64,000 nt of DNA from Candidatus Pseudoscillospira falkowii (GCA_904374485.1 CAJFFX010000001.1:7333-71332); one strand, 5' to 3'; shown: positions 29,808 to 40,463, counted from the stretch's first letter. Notes: generated from the letters alone by a model not told the origin. Numbers and translations: made by a program.

Positions 29808-30390
29808 ACGCGTTTTCTTCCTTGAAATGGACCATGGTATTTTTCAGGTCCCGGGCGATGGCTTTTGCATAGCGGTCCTCTTCGCTGAAGATGCAGCCGC
29901 AGTATTTCTGCATATAGAAGCCCAGGGCGCGCGCCTTTGCCTGCCCGTCCCGGAAGCCGGGGCGAAAGTCGCGGTATAAAAAGGCGACGCCGTATTTTTT
30001 CCCCATCTGCTCGCCCAGGGAGCGGATCAGATCGTGATCCTGATAGGGGGAGATCAGGAGGGTGGTGGTAAAACTCTCAAAGCCATTTTCGGCGGCGTAG
30101 CGGGCGGTGCGGTCCAGCCGGCAGGCGTAGCAATAGCGGCAGCGGTGATCGATATCGGCGGCCACGGCCTTGACAAAGGGCCGCAGGCCATAGGACTCGT
30201 CCACGATCAACGCCATGCCGATAGACGGGGCATAGGAGACCAGCGTATCCCGCCGGGCTTTGTATTCCTGATAGGGATGGATGGTTGGATTGTACCAGTA
30301 GGCGGTGGGTTCGATCCCCTCGCCGCGCAGATCTTCGATGCAGCGCACGGAGCAGGGGGCGCAGCAGCAGTGCATCAGCGTTTTTTCCAT
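29806..30390 (-). CDS. queH: epoxyqueuosine reductase QueH (DUF208)
   Basis: HCCCAPCS, YNPTIHP, RCRYCY, TTTLLISPYQ, YMQKYCGCIFS. Confidence 0.93.
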   Translation of the reverse strand: MEKTLMHCCCAPCSVRCIEDLRGEGIEPTAYWYNPTIHPYQEYKARRDTLVSYAPSIGMALIVDESYGLRPFVKAVAADIDHRCRYCYACRLDRTARYAAENGFESFTTTLLISPYQDHDLIRSLGEQMGKKYGVAFLYRDFRPGFRDGQAKARALGFYMQKYCGCIFSEEDRYAKAIARDLKNTMVHFKEENA

Positions 30391-30417
30391 AGCGGACCTC
30401 CCGGAGCGTTTTTTCCT

Positions 30418-30446
30418 ATTGTAGCACAGCAATGCATCCCGGGCAA
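30418..30446 (-). promoter_or_regulatory. sigma-A promoter for queH
   Basis: Minus strand TTGCCC, 17 bp, TG-c-TACAAT. Confidence 0.55.
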
Positions 30447-30488
30447 GGGCCGCGCTGTTTTCCCCTCCCCGCGCGGCGCGTTTTGACG

Positions 30489-30518
30489 TTGACGTATGTA
30501 TGGGGTTCGTAGTATAAT
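30489..30518 (+). promoter_or_regulatory. sigma-A promoter for the methyltransferase-ECF-truA operon
   Basis: TTGACG (30489-30494), 18 bp, TATAAT (30513-30518). Confidence 0.75.
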
Positions 30519-30590
30519 ATCATGATATCATGTCTGGATTTTATCATTTTGCGATGGAATGGGCAGGCAGGACAAAGGAGAAGAAACGGT

Positions 30591-31460
30591 ATGTGGATCG
30601 CGGAGAATTGGAAGGATTACGAGCTGCTGGACTGCGGCGACGGCGAAAAATTGGAGCGGTGGAGCCGGCAGATCCTGGTGCGCCCGGATCCCCAGGCCAT
30701 CTGGGAAGCGCCCCGCCGCAACAGCGCCTGGAACCATCCTGACGCCCGCTATGTGCGTTCCCACACCGGCGGCGGCCACTGGGAGCGCAAAAAGCTGCCC
30801 GAGCAGTGGACCGTGCGCTATCGAGAGCTGACCTTCAACGTCAAGCCCATGAATTTCAAGCACACCGGCCTTTTCCCGGAACAGGCGGTCAACTGGGATT
30901 TCGCCATGGATCAGATCCGCCGGGCCGGCCGGCCGATCCATGTGCTGAATCTGTTTGCCTACACAGGCGCGGCGACCATTGCCTGCGCCGCCGCCGGCGC
31001 CCAGGTCTGTCATGTGGACGCGGCAAAGGGCATGGTGGCCTGGGCGCGGGAAAACGCCCGCGCCTCCCGTCTGGAGGACGCGCCCATCCGCTGGATCGTG
31101 GATGACTGCGCTAAATTCGTGGAGCGGGAGATCCGCCGCGGCCGGCGGTACGACGCCATTATCATGGACCCACCGTCCTACGGGCGGGGTCCCTCCGGCG
31201 AGGTTTGGAAGCTGGAGCAGAACCTGTATCCCTTTGTCAAGCTCTGCGCCGGCGTTTTGTCGGACGATCCGCTGTTCGTGGTGCTGAATTCCTATACCAC
31301 GGGCCTGGCCCCTTCGGTGCTGGGCTATATCCTCAATCTGCTGATCGGCGAAAAATACGGCGGCCGCACAGAGTGCGCCGAGCTGGGCCTGCCCGTCACG
31401 GAAACCGGCATGGCGCTGCCCTGCGGTGCCACCGGGCGCTGGATCGCCAATACCCGCTGA
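30591..31460 (+). CDS. class I SAM-dependent methyltransferase (RlmI/RlmK-related)
   Basis: DYELLDCGDGEKLERW, HTGLFPEQ, VLNLFAYTG, IMDPPSYGRG. Confidence 0.88.
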   Translation: MWIAENWKDYELLDCGDGEKLERWSRQILVRPDPQAIWEAPRRNSAWNHPDARYVRSHTGGGHWERKKLPEQWTVRYRELTFNVKPMNFKHTGLFPEQAVNWDFAMDQIRRAGRPIHVLNLFAYTGAATIACAAAGAQVCHVDAAKGMVAWARENARASRLEDAPIRWIVDDCAKFVEREIRRGRRYDAIIMDPPSYGRGPSGEVWKLEQNLYPFVKLCAGVLSDDPLFVVLNSYTTGLAPSVLGYILNLLIGEKYGGRTECAELGLPVTETGMALPCGATGRWIANTR

Positions 31461-31480
31461 TACATGGAGTGGTTTGTGCA

Positions 31481-32326
31481 ATGAGTATGCTGAGAACGGA
31501 GCATCTTTCCTTTGCCTACCCCGCTGCGGAAGGGGGGAAGATCGTTCCTGTTTTGAAAGAGATCAATCTGGAGATCGACCGGGGCAGCATTGTGGCGATC
31601 CTGGGTCATAACGGCAGCGGGAAATCCACACTGTCCAAACACTTCAACGCCGTCTATCTTCCCAGCGGCGGCAAGGTCTGGGTCGAGGAGTTCGACACGG
31701 CGGACGAGGCAGCCCTGCTGGAGATCCGCCGCCGGGTGGGCATGGTGTTCCAGAACCCGGACAACCAGATCGTCGCCAATGTGGTGGAGGAGGATGTGGC
31801 GTTCGCCCCGGAAAACCTGGGCGTCCCTACCGACGAGATCCGCCGCCGGGTGGACGCGTCCCTGGCTGCGGTGGGCATGTCGGAATTCACGCGCCACGCG
31901 CCCCATCTCCTTTCCGGCGGCCAGAAGCAGCGCGTGGCCATCGCCGGCGTGCTGGCCATGGAGCCGGAGTGCATCATCCTGGACGAAGCCACCGCCATGC
32001 TGGACCCCAAGGGCCGGCGGGATGTGCTGGAAACCGTGCAGCGTCTGAACCGGGAAAAGGGCATGACCGTGATCATGATCACCCACCACATGGACGAGGC
32101 GGAGCTGGCGGACCGGGTCATCGTGATGAACCGGGGAGAGATCTATCTGGACGGCGCGCCCCGGGAGATTTTTCAGAAAGTGGACGAGCTGCGCCGCATC
32201 GGACTGACCGTTCCGGAAACGGTCAAGCTGCTGGATGCGCTCCGGCAGGCGGGCTGGAACGTGCCCCTGAGCGCGATCTCTGTGGAAGAGTGCGCCGATG
32301 CAATCGCCGCAGCGATGCAGCAGTAA
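31481..32326 (+). CDS. ecfA1: ECF transporter ATPase A1
   Basis: GHNGSGKST, VFQNPDNQ, LSGGQKQR, LDEATAMLDP. Confidence 0.94.
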   Translation: MSMLRTEHLSFAYPAAEGGKIVPVLKEINLEIDRGSIVAILGHNGSGKSTLSKHFNAVYLPSGGKVWVEEFDTADEAALLEIRRRVGMVFQNPDNQIVANVVEEDVAFAPENLGVPTDEIRRRVDASLAAVGMSEFTRHAPHLLSGGQKQRVAIAGVLAMEPECIILDEATAMLDPKGRRDVLETVQRLNREKGMTVIMITHHMDEAELADRVIVMNRGEIYLDGAPREIFQKVDELRRIGLTVPETVKLLDALRQAGWNVPLSAISVEECADAIAAAMQQ

Positions 32327-32350
32327 AATTTTCCGAAGGGAAAATCGCAA

Positions 32351-33217
32351 GTGAAACCTATTTTAAAAACGGAAAACCTTACACATATCTACAGCGCCGG
32401 CACGCCGTTTCAGCGCAGCGCGGTGGAACACGTCGATTTTGCGGTATACCCGGGCGAATTTGTCGGGGTCATCGGCCACACAGGCTCCGGAAAATCCACG
32501 TTCATCCAGCACCTGAACGGTCTGCTCAAGCCGACGGAGGGCCGCGTCCTGTTCAACGGACAGGATATCTGGTCCTCGGCCCGGGTGACCCATGAAACGC
32601 GCTTTCACGTGGGGCTGGTTTTTCAATACCCGGAATATCAGCTGTTTGAAGAAACGGTTTACAAGGATATCGCCTTCGGCCCCGGCAACATGGGCCTCGG
32701 CGCGGAGGAGATCGACCGCCGGGTGCGGGAGGCCGCCGGCTTTGTCGGCATCGGGGAGGAACTGCTGCAGCAGTCGCCCTTCGAGCTTTCCGGCGGCCAG
32801 AAGCGCCGGGTGGCCATCGCGGGCGTTCTGGCCATGGAGCCGGAGGTGCTGATCCTGGACGAGCCCACGGCGGGGCTGGATCCCGCGGGCTGCGAGAGCA
32901 TCCTGGCGGAGATCCGGCAGTACCACCGGGCCAAAAACAACACGATCCTGCTGGTCAGCCACAGCATGGAGGAGATCGCCCGCAACGCCCAGCGCATCGT
33001 GGTGCTGGACGAGCGGCACATCGTGATGGACGGCACGCCCCGGGATATCTTTTCCCGGGCGCAGGAGCTGGAGCGCATCGGTCTGGATGTGCCGGAGGTC
33101 ACAAAGATTGCCGCGGCGCTGCGGCGGCGCGGCATCCCGGTGGACGCTTCCGTCTATACCACTGAAGCATTGAAAGAGCAGCTGCAAAGCCTGAAAGGGG
33201 GCGGGGCAGGATGCTGA
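32351..33217 (+). CDS. ecfA2: ECF transporter ATPase A2
   Basis: GHTGSGKST, VFQYPEYQLFEETV, SPFELSGGQKRR. Confidence 0.94.
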   Translation: MKPILKTENLTHIYSAGTPFQRSAVEHVDFAVYPGEFVGVIGHTGSGKSTFIQHLNGLLKPTEGRVLFNGQDIWSSARVTHETRFHVGLVFQYPEYQLFEETVYKDIAFGPGNMGLGAEEIDRRVREAAGFVGIGEELLQQSPFELSGGQKRRVAIAGVLAMEPEVLILDEPTAGLDPAGCESILAEIRQYHRAKNNTILLVSHSMEEIARNAQRIVVLDERHIVMDGTPRDIFSRAQELERIGLDVPEVTKIAAALRRRGIPVDASVYTTEALKEQLQSLKGGGAGC

Positions 33218-34014
33218 AGGACATCACCCTGGGACAGTATTTCCCCGGCAGCACCCTGGCCCACCGACTGGACCCGCGCACCAAGCTGATGATGGTGCTG
33301 ATTTACATCGTGGCGCTGTTCTGCGCCAAGTCCTTTTTGTCCTATGGGATCCTGGCGCTGTTCCTGTTTGTCAGCGTGCGGATCTCCAAGGTGGGCTTCC
33401 GCGCGCTGATCCGCGGCATGAAGCCCCTGGTCGTGATCCTGATCTTCACGGCGGTCCTGAATATGTTTTATACGCCGGGCCACGCCCTCGTGTCCTTCTG
33501 GATCTTTACGCTGACGGCGGAGGGCATCCTGGCGGCGGTCTTCATGGTGCTGCGCATCGCCCTCCTGATCATGGGCACTTTCCTGATGACATATACCACC
33601 AGCCCCATCGCCCTGACGGACGCCATCGAAAATCTTCTGGGCCCGCTCAAGCGCGTCCGCTTCCCGGTACATGAGCTGGCGATGCTCATGTCCATCGCCC
33701 TGCGCTTCATCCCGACACTGATCGAGGAGACGGACAAGATCATTTCGGCCCAGAAAGCCCGCGGCGCGGACTTTGAAACGGGCAACCTCCTGCGCCGGGC
33801 CAAGGCGCTGGTCCCGATCCTGGTGCCGCTGTTTCTCAGCGCCATCCGGCGGGCGGACGAACTGGCCACGGCCATGGAGTGCCGTTGCTATCACGGCGGC
33901 GAGGGCCGCACGAAGCTGCACGTCCTGCGCTACCAGAAGCGCGATTTCCTCTGTATCCTTTTGACGACGCTCATCACTGCAGCCGTCGTCATCATCAGTC
34001 GCCTGGGCTATTGA
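33211..34014 (+). CDS. ecfT: ECF transporter transmembrane component T
   Basis: LDPRTK, ALRFIP, AQKARG and AMECRCY coupling motifs. Confidence 0.94.
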   Translation: MLKDITLGQYFPGSTLAHRLDPRTKLMMVLIYIVALFCAKSFLSYGILALFLFVSVRISKVGFRALIRGMKPLVVILIFTAVLNMFYTPGHALVSFWIFTLTAEGILAAVFMVLRIALLIMGTFLMTYTTSPIALTDAIENLLGPLKRVRFPVHELAMLMSIALRFIPTLIEETDKIISAQKARGADFETGNLLRRAKALVPILVPLFLSAIRRADELATAMECRCYHGGEGRTKLHVLRYQKRDFLCILLTTLITAAVVIISRLGY

Positions 34015-34035
34015 CTGTGCAGATGAGGAGTATCC

Positions 34036-34794
34036 ATGCGAAAAAACATTGCTTTGAAATTGATGTATAATGGCACGGCCTATCACGGCTGGCAGGTCCA
34101 AAAACGGGACGTCACCGTGGCCGGGACCCTGGAAAAGGCCCTTTCGGGCCTGGCGGGGGAGCGCATCCACCTGGTGGGCGCCGGGCGGACGGATGCCGGC
34201 GTTCACGCGGAGCACTACATCGCCAATTTCCGCACAAACATGAACATCCCCTGCGACCGGCTGCCGCTGGCCATCAACGTGCGGCTGCCGGAGGATATCG
34301 CGGTGCAGGCCGCCTATGAAGTGCCCGACAGCTTCAACGCCATCGGTTCGTGTCTGAAAAAAGAATATACCTACCGGATCTACAATTCCCGGATCAGCAA
34401 TCCTTTTTATGTCCACCGGGCGTATTTTTATCCGAAGGTCCTGGACGAGATCGTCATGGACCGTGCCGCTCGAATGTTTGAGGGGACCCATGATTTTGCA
34501 GCGGTGCGCAGCGTGGGAACGGATGTGAAGAGCACCGTCCGCACGATCTATTACTGTTATGTGACGCGCAGCCGCGATCTTTTGGAGCTGAAGGTGTGCG
34601 CCAACGGCTTTTTATATAATATGGTGCGCGCCATCACGGGAACGGTGCTGTATGCGGCCGAGGGGAAGCTCCGGCCGGAGGATATCCCCCGGATCCTGGA
34701 CAGCGGGAACCGCACCCTGGCCGGCCCCACTGTGCCGCCGGGCGGGCTGTATCTGACAAAACTTTGGTACGAGGATGAACGGCTCAATGGATGA
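34036..34794 (+). CDS. truA: tRNA pseudouridine(38-40) synthase
   Basis: YHGWQVQ, GRTDAGVHA, NGFLYNMVR, PPGGLYL. Confidence 0.97.
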   Translation: MRKNIALKLMYNGTAYHGWQVQKRDVTVAGTLEKALSGLAGERIHLVGAGRTDAGVHAEHYIANFRTNMNIPCDRLPLAINVRLPEDIAVQAAYEVPDSFNAIGSCLKKEYTYRIYNSRISNPFYVHRAYFYPKVLDEIVMDRAARMFEGTHDFAAVRSVGTDVKSTVRTIYYCYVTRSRDLLELKVCANGFLYNMVRAITGTVLYAAEGKLRPEDIPRILDSGNRTLAGPTVPPGGLYLTKLWYEDERLNG

Positions 34795-36037
34795 GAACAA
34801 GCACAGAGAACAGAATAAGGGAAACATCATTGACCTCGGGCCGGCGCTGGAGGAAAAGGAGCGCGCCGAGCGCGCCGAAGCCAAGCGCCTGGCCAAGGAA
34901 TCCCGAGGCCCGCTGGGCCGACGGATCCTCTCGCTGGTGCTGGTGCTGGCCATCGTCCTGGCCGCAGTGCTCCTGACGATCAACTGGGAACGGATCAATT
35001 TCGACGCCCTGCGCCGGAGCATTTCCTATTGGGGCACGGAACAGTCCGAAACGGGCCAGACGACCGCGTTTTCCTATGAAAAGGGCAACGACAACTGCTT
35101 TGCCACCCTGGGGAAGAATCTGGTCTACGCCTCCAATCGGGGCGTCGTCGTATACGATCACAGCGGGAATGCGCTGTTTGAAGCCGACGTCAAGCTGGAT
35201 ACGCCTGCCCTGGCGGTGGGCGGCTCCGCGGCGGCGGCCTATGATATCGGCGGGCGGAACCTGGTGGTCTTCAGCGAAAAGGGCGCCCGGCTGCGCCTGG
35301 AACTGGACGAGGGGCTCGGCATCTATTCCGCATCCCTCAACCGCTCGGACTGGCTGGCCGTCACAGCCCAGAAAAAGAGCCAGAAAGGCTGCGTGACTGT
35401 TTACAATGCAGACATGGACAAGGTGTTTGAATTCGATTCCGCCGCACGTTTCGTCATCGGCGCCTATGTGACGGAGGACTGCCGCTATATGGTGGCCCAG
35501 ACCCTGGGCCAGGAAGACGGCGTGTTTGTCTCCGAGATGGTGGTATACCGCCTGGATCAGGAAGAGCAGTACGCGGAATTTGCCGTGGAGGGCGGCATGG
35601 TGTATTCCATCGGCTCCATCGGCGGGCAGACCCTCTGCATTGCGGACAATCAGGCCGTCCTGGCCTCTCCCGGCGGCGAGGTCGGCGCGGTCTATGAATA
35701 TCCGCTGCCCTATCTGCGGGAGTATTCCTGCGGCGGCGATGGATTCGCGGCCCTGGTGCTGAACCGCCACCGCGCCGGGACCAGCGCAAAGCTGGTCACG
35801 CTGGACAGCAGCGGCAGCGCCATTGCGGAAGCGGATGTGAACGATGAGATCCTGCATCTGTCTGCAGCGGGGCGGTACGTCGCGGTGCTCTATGCCGACC
35901 GGCTCGTGATTTACAACCGGGATCTCAGCGAATACACCTCTTTTACGCAGACGGCTCTGGCTGAGCAGGCCTGCATGCGCAGCGACGGTTCGGTGTGGCT
36001 CATTTCGGAGGATGAGATCTCCCTTTTGATTCCGTAA
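34787..36037 (+). CDS. membrane-anchored beta-propeller-like protein (DUF5711-like)
   Basis: Charged N-terminus, one TM helix, then repeated beta-rich segments (AYDIGGRNL). Confidence 0.6.
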   Translation: MDENKHREQNKGNIIDLGPALEEKERAERAEAKRLAKESRGPLGRRILSLVLVLAIVLAAVLLTINWERINFDALRRSISYWGTEQSETGQTTAFSYEKGNDNCFATLGKNLVYASNRGVVVYDHSGNALFEADVKLDTPALAVGGSAAAAYDIGGRNLVVFSEKGARLRLELDEGLGIYSASLNRSDWLAVTAQKKSQKGCVTVYNADMDKVFEFDSAARFVIGAYVTEDCRYMVAQTLGQEDGVFVSEMVVYRLDQEEQYAEFAVEGGMVYSIGSIGGQTLCIADNQAVLASPGGEVGAVYEYPLPYLREYSCGGDGFAALVLNRHRAGTSAKLVTLDSSGSAIAEADVNDEILHLSAAGRYVAVLYADRLVIYNRDLSEYTSFTQTALAEQACMRSDGSVWLISEDEISLLIP

Positions 36038-36073
36038 ACTTTTTGTGACATTTTGCCGACGAGGTATCAATTT

Positions 36074-36763
36074 ATGCAAATGGCTGTTATAATAGATGTT
36101 GTTCTTGCAGCGGTTTTGATCGTATGCACTGTGCTGGGCTGGCGCCGCGGGGCGTTCAAAAGCGTCATCGGCATCGTGGTGGTGCTGGCGGCGCTGCTGG
36201 GTGCCGGCTGGATCTCCAGCGCCGCCGCACCCATGGCGGCAGACGCCATCGCGCCCATGATCTCTCAGCAGATCGAGGCCCGCGTGGATCGGGCGGTGGA
36301 GAGCGCGCTGCACGGCAGCGGGGAGGACGATCTCAGCAAAGAGGACGCGGCCGGGCTGTTTTCCGCCCTGGGCCTTTATCAGAAAACCGCGGAAAATATG
36401 GCGGAGGACGCCGTGGAGCAGATCGGAGAGACCGGAAAGGCCGTTGTGGAAACGGCTATGGAAAGCATGATCCGTTCCGTCGCCGCAGCCGTGCTGTTTT
36501 TGGTGAGCTTTGTGCTCCTTTTGGTTTTGCTCAAGATTTTGTCCAAGTTTTTGGGACTTTTGACGGCGGTGCCGGGGCTTCACATGATGAACGCCCTGGG
36601 CGGGGCAGTCTTTGGGCTGATCGAGGGCGGCTTGATTTTGGTCGCTCTGATCTGGGCTGTGCAGTTTTTGGCCGGCAGCCTTCCGGCGCAGATCGCGGAG
36701 CAGACGGTTTTGTTCCGCTTCTTCGCTGTGCTGGATCCCATCGCTCTGCTGACCGGTATGTAA
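36074..36763 (+). CDS. CvpA (colicin V production)-family membrane protein
   Basis: IIDVV...GWRRGAFKS and MNALGGAVFGLIEG motifs. Confidence 0.8.
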   Translation: MQMAVIIDVVLAAVLIVCTVLGWRRGAFKSVIGIVVVLAALLGAGWISSAAAPMAADAIAPMISQQIEARVDRAVESALHGSGEDDLSKEDAAGLFSALGLYQKTAENMAEDAVEQIGETGKAVVETAMESMIRSVAAAVLFLVSFVLLLVLLKILSKFLGLLTAVPGLHMMNALGGAVFGLIEGGLILVALIWAVQFLAGSLPAQIAEQTVLFRFFAVLDPIALLTGM

Positions 36764-36781
36764 AAATATAGGAGGTTTATC

Positions 36782-39109
36782 ATGCAGCCAACCCTTTGTT
36801 CAAAATGCAAAAAATATGTAGCCGTGGTCTACGTTTCGAGAATGGAAGACGGAAAGCCGGTCAACGAAGGTCTTTGCCTGCGCTGCGCCAAGGCGCTGGG
36901 CTTGCCCCAGGTGGACGATATGATGAAGCGCATGGGGATTTCCGATGACGAATTGGAAAAGATCAGCGAGGAGATGGTGCAGGCATTCGGCGGCGCCGAA
37001 AATCTGGATCAGTTCCCAGCCAATAGCAGCGATCTGAGCGGCGCCGGCGAGGAAAACGACGGGGACGAGACCGACGAGGGAAAAACCGCCACCTTTCCCT
37101 TCCTCAACCGCCTGTTCAACGCGGATAACCAGCGCAGCGACAACGGCCCGGAGGGCGCCGCCGAAGAGACCAAGGCCCATGCGCCCAAGAAAAACGGCAA
37201 GCGCAAATTTTTGGAGAATTACTGCATCAATCTGACCGGGCGCGCCCGGGCAGGGGAGCTGGACGCCGTGATCGGCCGGGAAACGGAGATCGAGCGGGTG
37301 ATCCAGATCCTGAACCGCCGCCAGAAAAACAACCCTTGCCTGATCGGTGAGCCCGGCGTGGGTAAAACCGCCATCGCCGAAGGGCTGGCCCAGCGCATCT
37401 CCAATGGTGAGGTGCCCTATAAACTGCGGGATAAGGAGGTCTACCTGCTGGATCTGACGGCCCTGGTGGCCGGGACCCAATTCCGTGGCCAGTTTGAAAG
37501 CCGAATGAAAGGACTGATCGAAGAGATCAAAAAGGCGGGCAATGTCATCCTCGTCATCGACGAGATCCACAATATCGTTTCCGCCGGCGACGCCGAAGGC
37601 AGCATGAACGCCGCCAATATCCTGAAGCCCGCCCTTTCCCGGGGCGAGATCCAGGTCATCGGCGCGACCACATTTTCGGAATATCGCAAGCACATCGAAA
37701 AGGACACCGCCCTGGAGCGCCGTTTCCAGCCGGTGACCGTCGGCGAGCCCACCATCGAGGACACCATGGAGATCCTCAAGGGCATCGCCCATTACTATGA
37801 GCAGTACCACGGCGTGAAGATCCCCGACGGCGTGCTCCGCCAGGCAGTGCTGCTGTCGGAGCGCTACATCACGGACCGTTTCCTGCCGGACAAAGCCATC
37901 GACCTGATCGATGAGGCGTGCTCCGATGTGAACCTGCGGGATAAGAACATCAACCGCCGTATGGAGATCGAAAAGGAATTGGCCGATTATGCCAAGGAAA
38001 AGGAACTTCTGATCGAGGATACCAGCGAAGAATCCTACGCCCGGCAAGCAGACATCAAGAGCCGTGAGATCCAGCTCAACGGAGAACTGGATGCGATTAA
38101 GCAGGCAGGCGACCCGACCCTTTCCATCGAAAACCTCGCCCGGGTGATCGAACTGTGGACCAAGATCCCGGCCAGCAAGATCAAGGAAGAGGAATTCAAG
38201 AGCCTGTCCGAGCTGGAAAACCGCCTGAAGGCCCATATCGTCGGACAGGATGACGCGGTCAGCGCAGTGGCGGCGGCGATCCGACGCAACCGCGTCGGTA
38301 TTTCCCCCAAGCACAAGCCCGTCAGCTTTATTTTCGTCGGCCCCACCGGCGTGGGCAAGACGGAGCTGGTCAAGCGCCTGGCGGAGGACCTGTTCCACAC
38401 CCAGGATGCCCTGATTCGCCTTGATATGTCCGAATTCATGGAGAAGCACAGCGTTTCGCGCCTCATCGGTTCGCCCCCCGGCTACGTAGGCTACGACGAG
38501 GCGGGCCAGCTGACGGAAAAGATCCGCCGCAAGCCTTACGCTGTCGTGCTGTTCGACGAGATCGAAAAAGCTCACCCGGATGTGCTCAACGTGCTGCTGC
38601 AGATTCTGGACGATGGCCGCATCACCGACGCCCACGGCCGCCGCGTCAATTTTGAGCACGCGGTGATCGTCATGACCTCCAACGCCGGCTCCAACACCAA
38701 GGAAGCCGCCGTGGGTTTTGACCGCACCATCAGCCAGCTGGACCACGACCGCGCCATGAAGGCCCTCAGCCAGTTCCTGCGCCCGGAATTCATCAACCGC
38801 GTGGACGAGATCATCTGCTTCAACCACCTGAGCGAGGAGAATTTCAAGGGCATTGCCCGCATCATGCTGGGCGAACTGGTGGATTCCCTGAAGGAAAAGG
38901 GCCTGTCCTTTATCTATGACGACGCGCTGGTGGATTATGTGACCCACAAGTCCTACTCTTTGACCTACGGCGCCCGGAATCTGCGCCGCACGCTGCAGAA
39001 GGAGATCGAAGATCCGCTGGCCGGCCGCATCATCGGGGAGTATGAACATCCCTTCACAAAGATCACCGCTACGGCGGAAGACGGAAAGATCGTACTGTAT
39101 ACGATGTAA
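36782..39109 (+). CDS. ATP-dependent Clp protease ATP-binding subunit, ClpE-like (N-terminal zinc finger)
   Basis: N-terminal CSKC...CLRC; two AAA+ modules ([12 protein letters not shown] and [15 protein letters not shown]); VGF ClpP-docking loop; GARNLRR. Confidence 0.93.
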   Translation: MQPTLCSKCKKYVAVVYVSRMEDGKPVNEGLCLRCAKALGLPQVDDMMKRMGISDDELEKISEEMVQAFGGAENLDQFPANSSDLSGAGEENDGDETDEGKTATFPFLNRLFNADNQRSDNGPEGAAEETKAHAPKKNGKRKFLENYCINLTGRARAGELDAVIGRETEIERVIQILNRRQKNNPCLIGEPGVGKTAIAEGLAQRISNGEVPYKLRDKEVYLLDLTALVAGTQFRGQFESRMKGLIEEIKKAGNVILVIDEIHNIVSAGDAEGSMNAANILKPALSRGEIQVIGATTFSEYRKHIEKDTALERRFQPVTVGEPTIEDTMEILKGIAHYYEQYHGVKIPDGVLRQAVLLSERYITDRFLPDKAIDLIDEACSDVNLRDKNINRRMEIEKELADYAKEKELLIEDTSEESYARQADIKSREIQLNGELDAIKQAGDPTLSIENLARVIELWTKIPASKIKEEEFKSLSELENRLKAHIVGQDDAVSAVAAAIRRNRVGISPKHKPVSFIFVGPTGVGKTELVKRLAEDLFHTQDALIRLDMSEFMEKHSVSRLIGSPPGYVGYDEAGQLTEKIRRKPYAVVLFDEIEKAHPDVLNVLLQILDDGRITDAHGRRVNFEHAVIVMTSNAGSNTKEAAVGFDRTISQLDHDRAMKALSQFLRPEFINRVDEIICFNHLSEENFKGIARIMLGELVDSLKEKGLSFIYDDALVDYVTHKSYSLTYGARNLRRTLQKEIEDPLAGRIIGEYEHPFTKITATAEDGKIVLYTM

Positions 39110-39131
39110 GACAGAGAAAGGCGGGAAAAGG

Positions 39132-39341
39132 ATGCTGTTTCGAAAAGATATCGATCCGCGCTGCAGCTACTGCGCAAAAGGCTGCCGGATCAGCGAAAAT
39201 GAGGTCCTGTGCAAAAAGAAGGGGATCGTCTCCCCGGAATATCACTGCCATGCGTTCCGGTATGACCCGCTCCTGCGCCAGCCGCCCCAACCTGTCCGGC
39301 TGAACACCGGGCATTTGTCCGAAGAAGATTTTAAGCTGTGA
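39132..39341 (+). CDS. small Cys-rich hypothetical protein (69 aa)
   Basis: MLFRKDIDPRCSYCAKGC...LCKKKG...HCHAFRYDPL; purine-rich RBS; lies between the clp stop and a terminator. Confidence 0.65.
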   Translation: MLFRKDIDPRCSYCAKGCRISENEVLCKKKGIVSPEYHCHAFRYDPLLRQPPQPVRLNTGHLSEEDFKL

Positions 39342-39365
39342 GCCGCGCTGTGTGGCTTTTGTCCG

Positions 39366-39404
39366 GTCCCCGCCCGCTTCAAAGAAGCGGGCGGGGGACT
39401 TTTT
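39366..39404 (+). terminator. intrinsic terminator
   Basis: GTCCCCGCCCGCTTC-aaa-GAAGCGGGCGGGGGAC followed by TTTTT. Confidence 0.85.
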
Positions 39405-39434
39405 CCCGCCGCGCGGCAGCGCGCTTGTTTACGC

Positions 39435-39463
39435 TTGCGTATGGAAGGGGAATAGGGTATACT
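39435..39463 (+). promoter_or_regulatory. sigma-A promoter for the hprK operon
   Basis: TTGCGT (39435-39440), 17 bp, TATACT (39458-39463). Confidence 0.65.
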
Positions 39464-39511
39464 GTTTTTATATGATCGAACCAGAACGCACAGGAAGGGA
39501 AGTGCATCCGT

Positions 39512-40459
39512 ATGGCACAACAGCGAAATGTGAAACTCTCGAAAATCGTGAATGAATTTTCCCTGGAGATCCTGCACAAGGGAAAGGATTATGACGAAGC
39601 GGCGCTGACGATCGTGGACGTGAACCGTCCCGGCCTTCAATTTGCGGGCTTTTTTGAATATTTCGATCCTCGCCGCCTTCAGGTGGAGGGCAAGGCGGAG
39701 CATACGTATTTGGACACGCTGACGCCGGAGGCCCGGAAAAAGAGCTATTCCGACCTTTTTTCCTATGATATTCCGGCCCTGGTGCTCTCCCGCGCCATGG
39801 AGCCTTCGCCGGAGTGCGTGGAGGCAGCCCGGGAGCACGGGCGCACCCTGCTGCGCACTGATGAGACCACGGTCATTTTCACCAGCCAGATGATTGACGC
39901 GCTGAACCGTTATCTCGCCCCCTGCATCACCCGCCACGGCGTGCTGATGGATATTTACGGCGAGGGTGTTCTGATCATGGGCGATTCCGGCGTCGGCAAA
40001 AGCGAAACGGCCATTGAGCTTGTCAAGCGCGGCCACCGCCTGATCGCCGACGACGCCGTGGAGATCAGCCGCATCTCCAACACGCTGACCGGCACGGCGC
40101 CGGAGCTGATCCGCCACTACATCGAGCTGCGCGGCATCGGCGTGGTGGACGTGCGCCGTCTGTTCGGCATGAGCGCCGTCAAGGTGGAATCCCAGATCGA
40201 CCTAGTGATCAATCTGGAACCCTGGAAGGAAGGCTTTGCCTACGACCGCCTGGGCCTGGATGAACAGTTCATCTCCATTCTCGGCGTCCAGCTGCCCACG
40301 CTGACCATCCCGGTGCAGCCGGGCCGCAACCTGGCCGTCATCATCGAAGTGGCCGCGATGAACAACCGCCACAAAAAAATGGGATACAACGCCGCGCTGG
40401 AGCTGACCACGCAGATCAGCCAGCACATGGATCTGCAGAGCGGCGGCAAAGGAGTTTAA
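39512..40459 (+). CDS. hprK: HPr kinase/phosphorylase
   Basis: NRPGLQFAGF, HGVLMDIYGEG, GDSGVGKSETA, LIADD, IELRGIGVV, PGRNLA. Confidence 0.97.
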   Translation: MAQQRNVKLSKIVNEFSLEILHKGKDYDEAALTIVDVNRPGLQFAGFFEYFDPRRLQVEGKAEHTYLDTLTPEARKKSYSDLFSYDIPALVLSRAMEPSPECVEAAREHGRTLLRTDETTVIFTSQMIDALNRYLAPCITRHGVLMDIYGEGVLIMGDSGVGKSETAIELVKRGHRLIADDAVEISRISNTLTGTAPELIRHYIELRGIGVVDVRRLFGMSAVKVESQIDLVINLEPWKEGFAYDRLGLDEQFISILGVQLPTLTIPVQPGRNLAVIIEVAAMNNRHKKMGYNAALELTTQISQHMDLQSGGKGV

Positions 40460-40463
40460 GCAC

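Noticed and set aside
39426-39439. Possible cre (CcpA) site at the hprK promoter
   Set aside because: At least three mismatches to the TGWAANCGNTNWCA consensus in either orientation.
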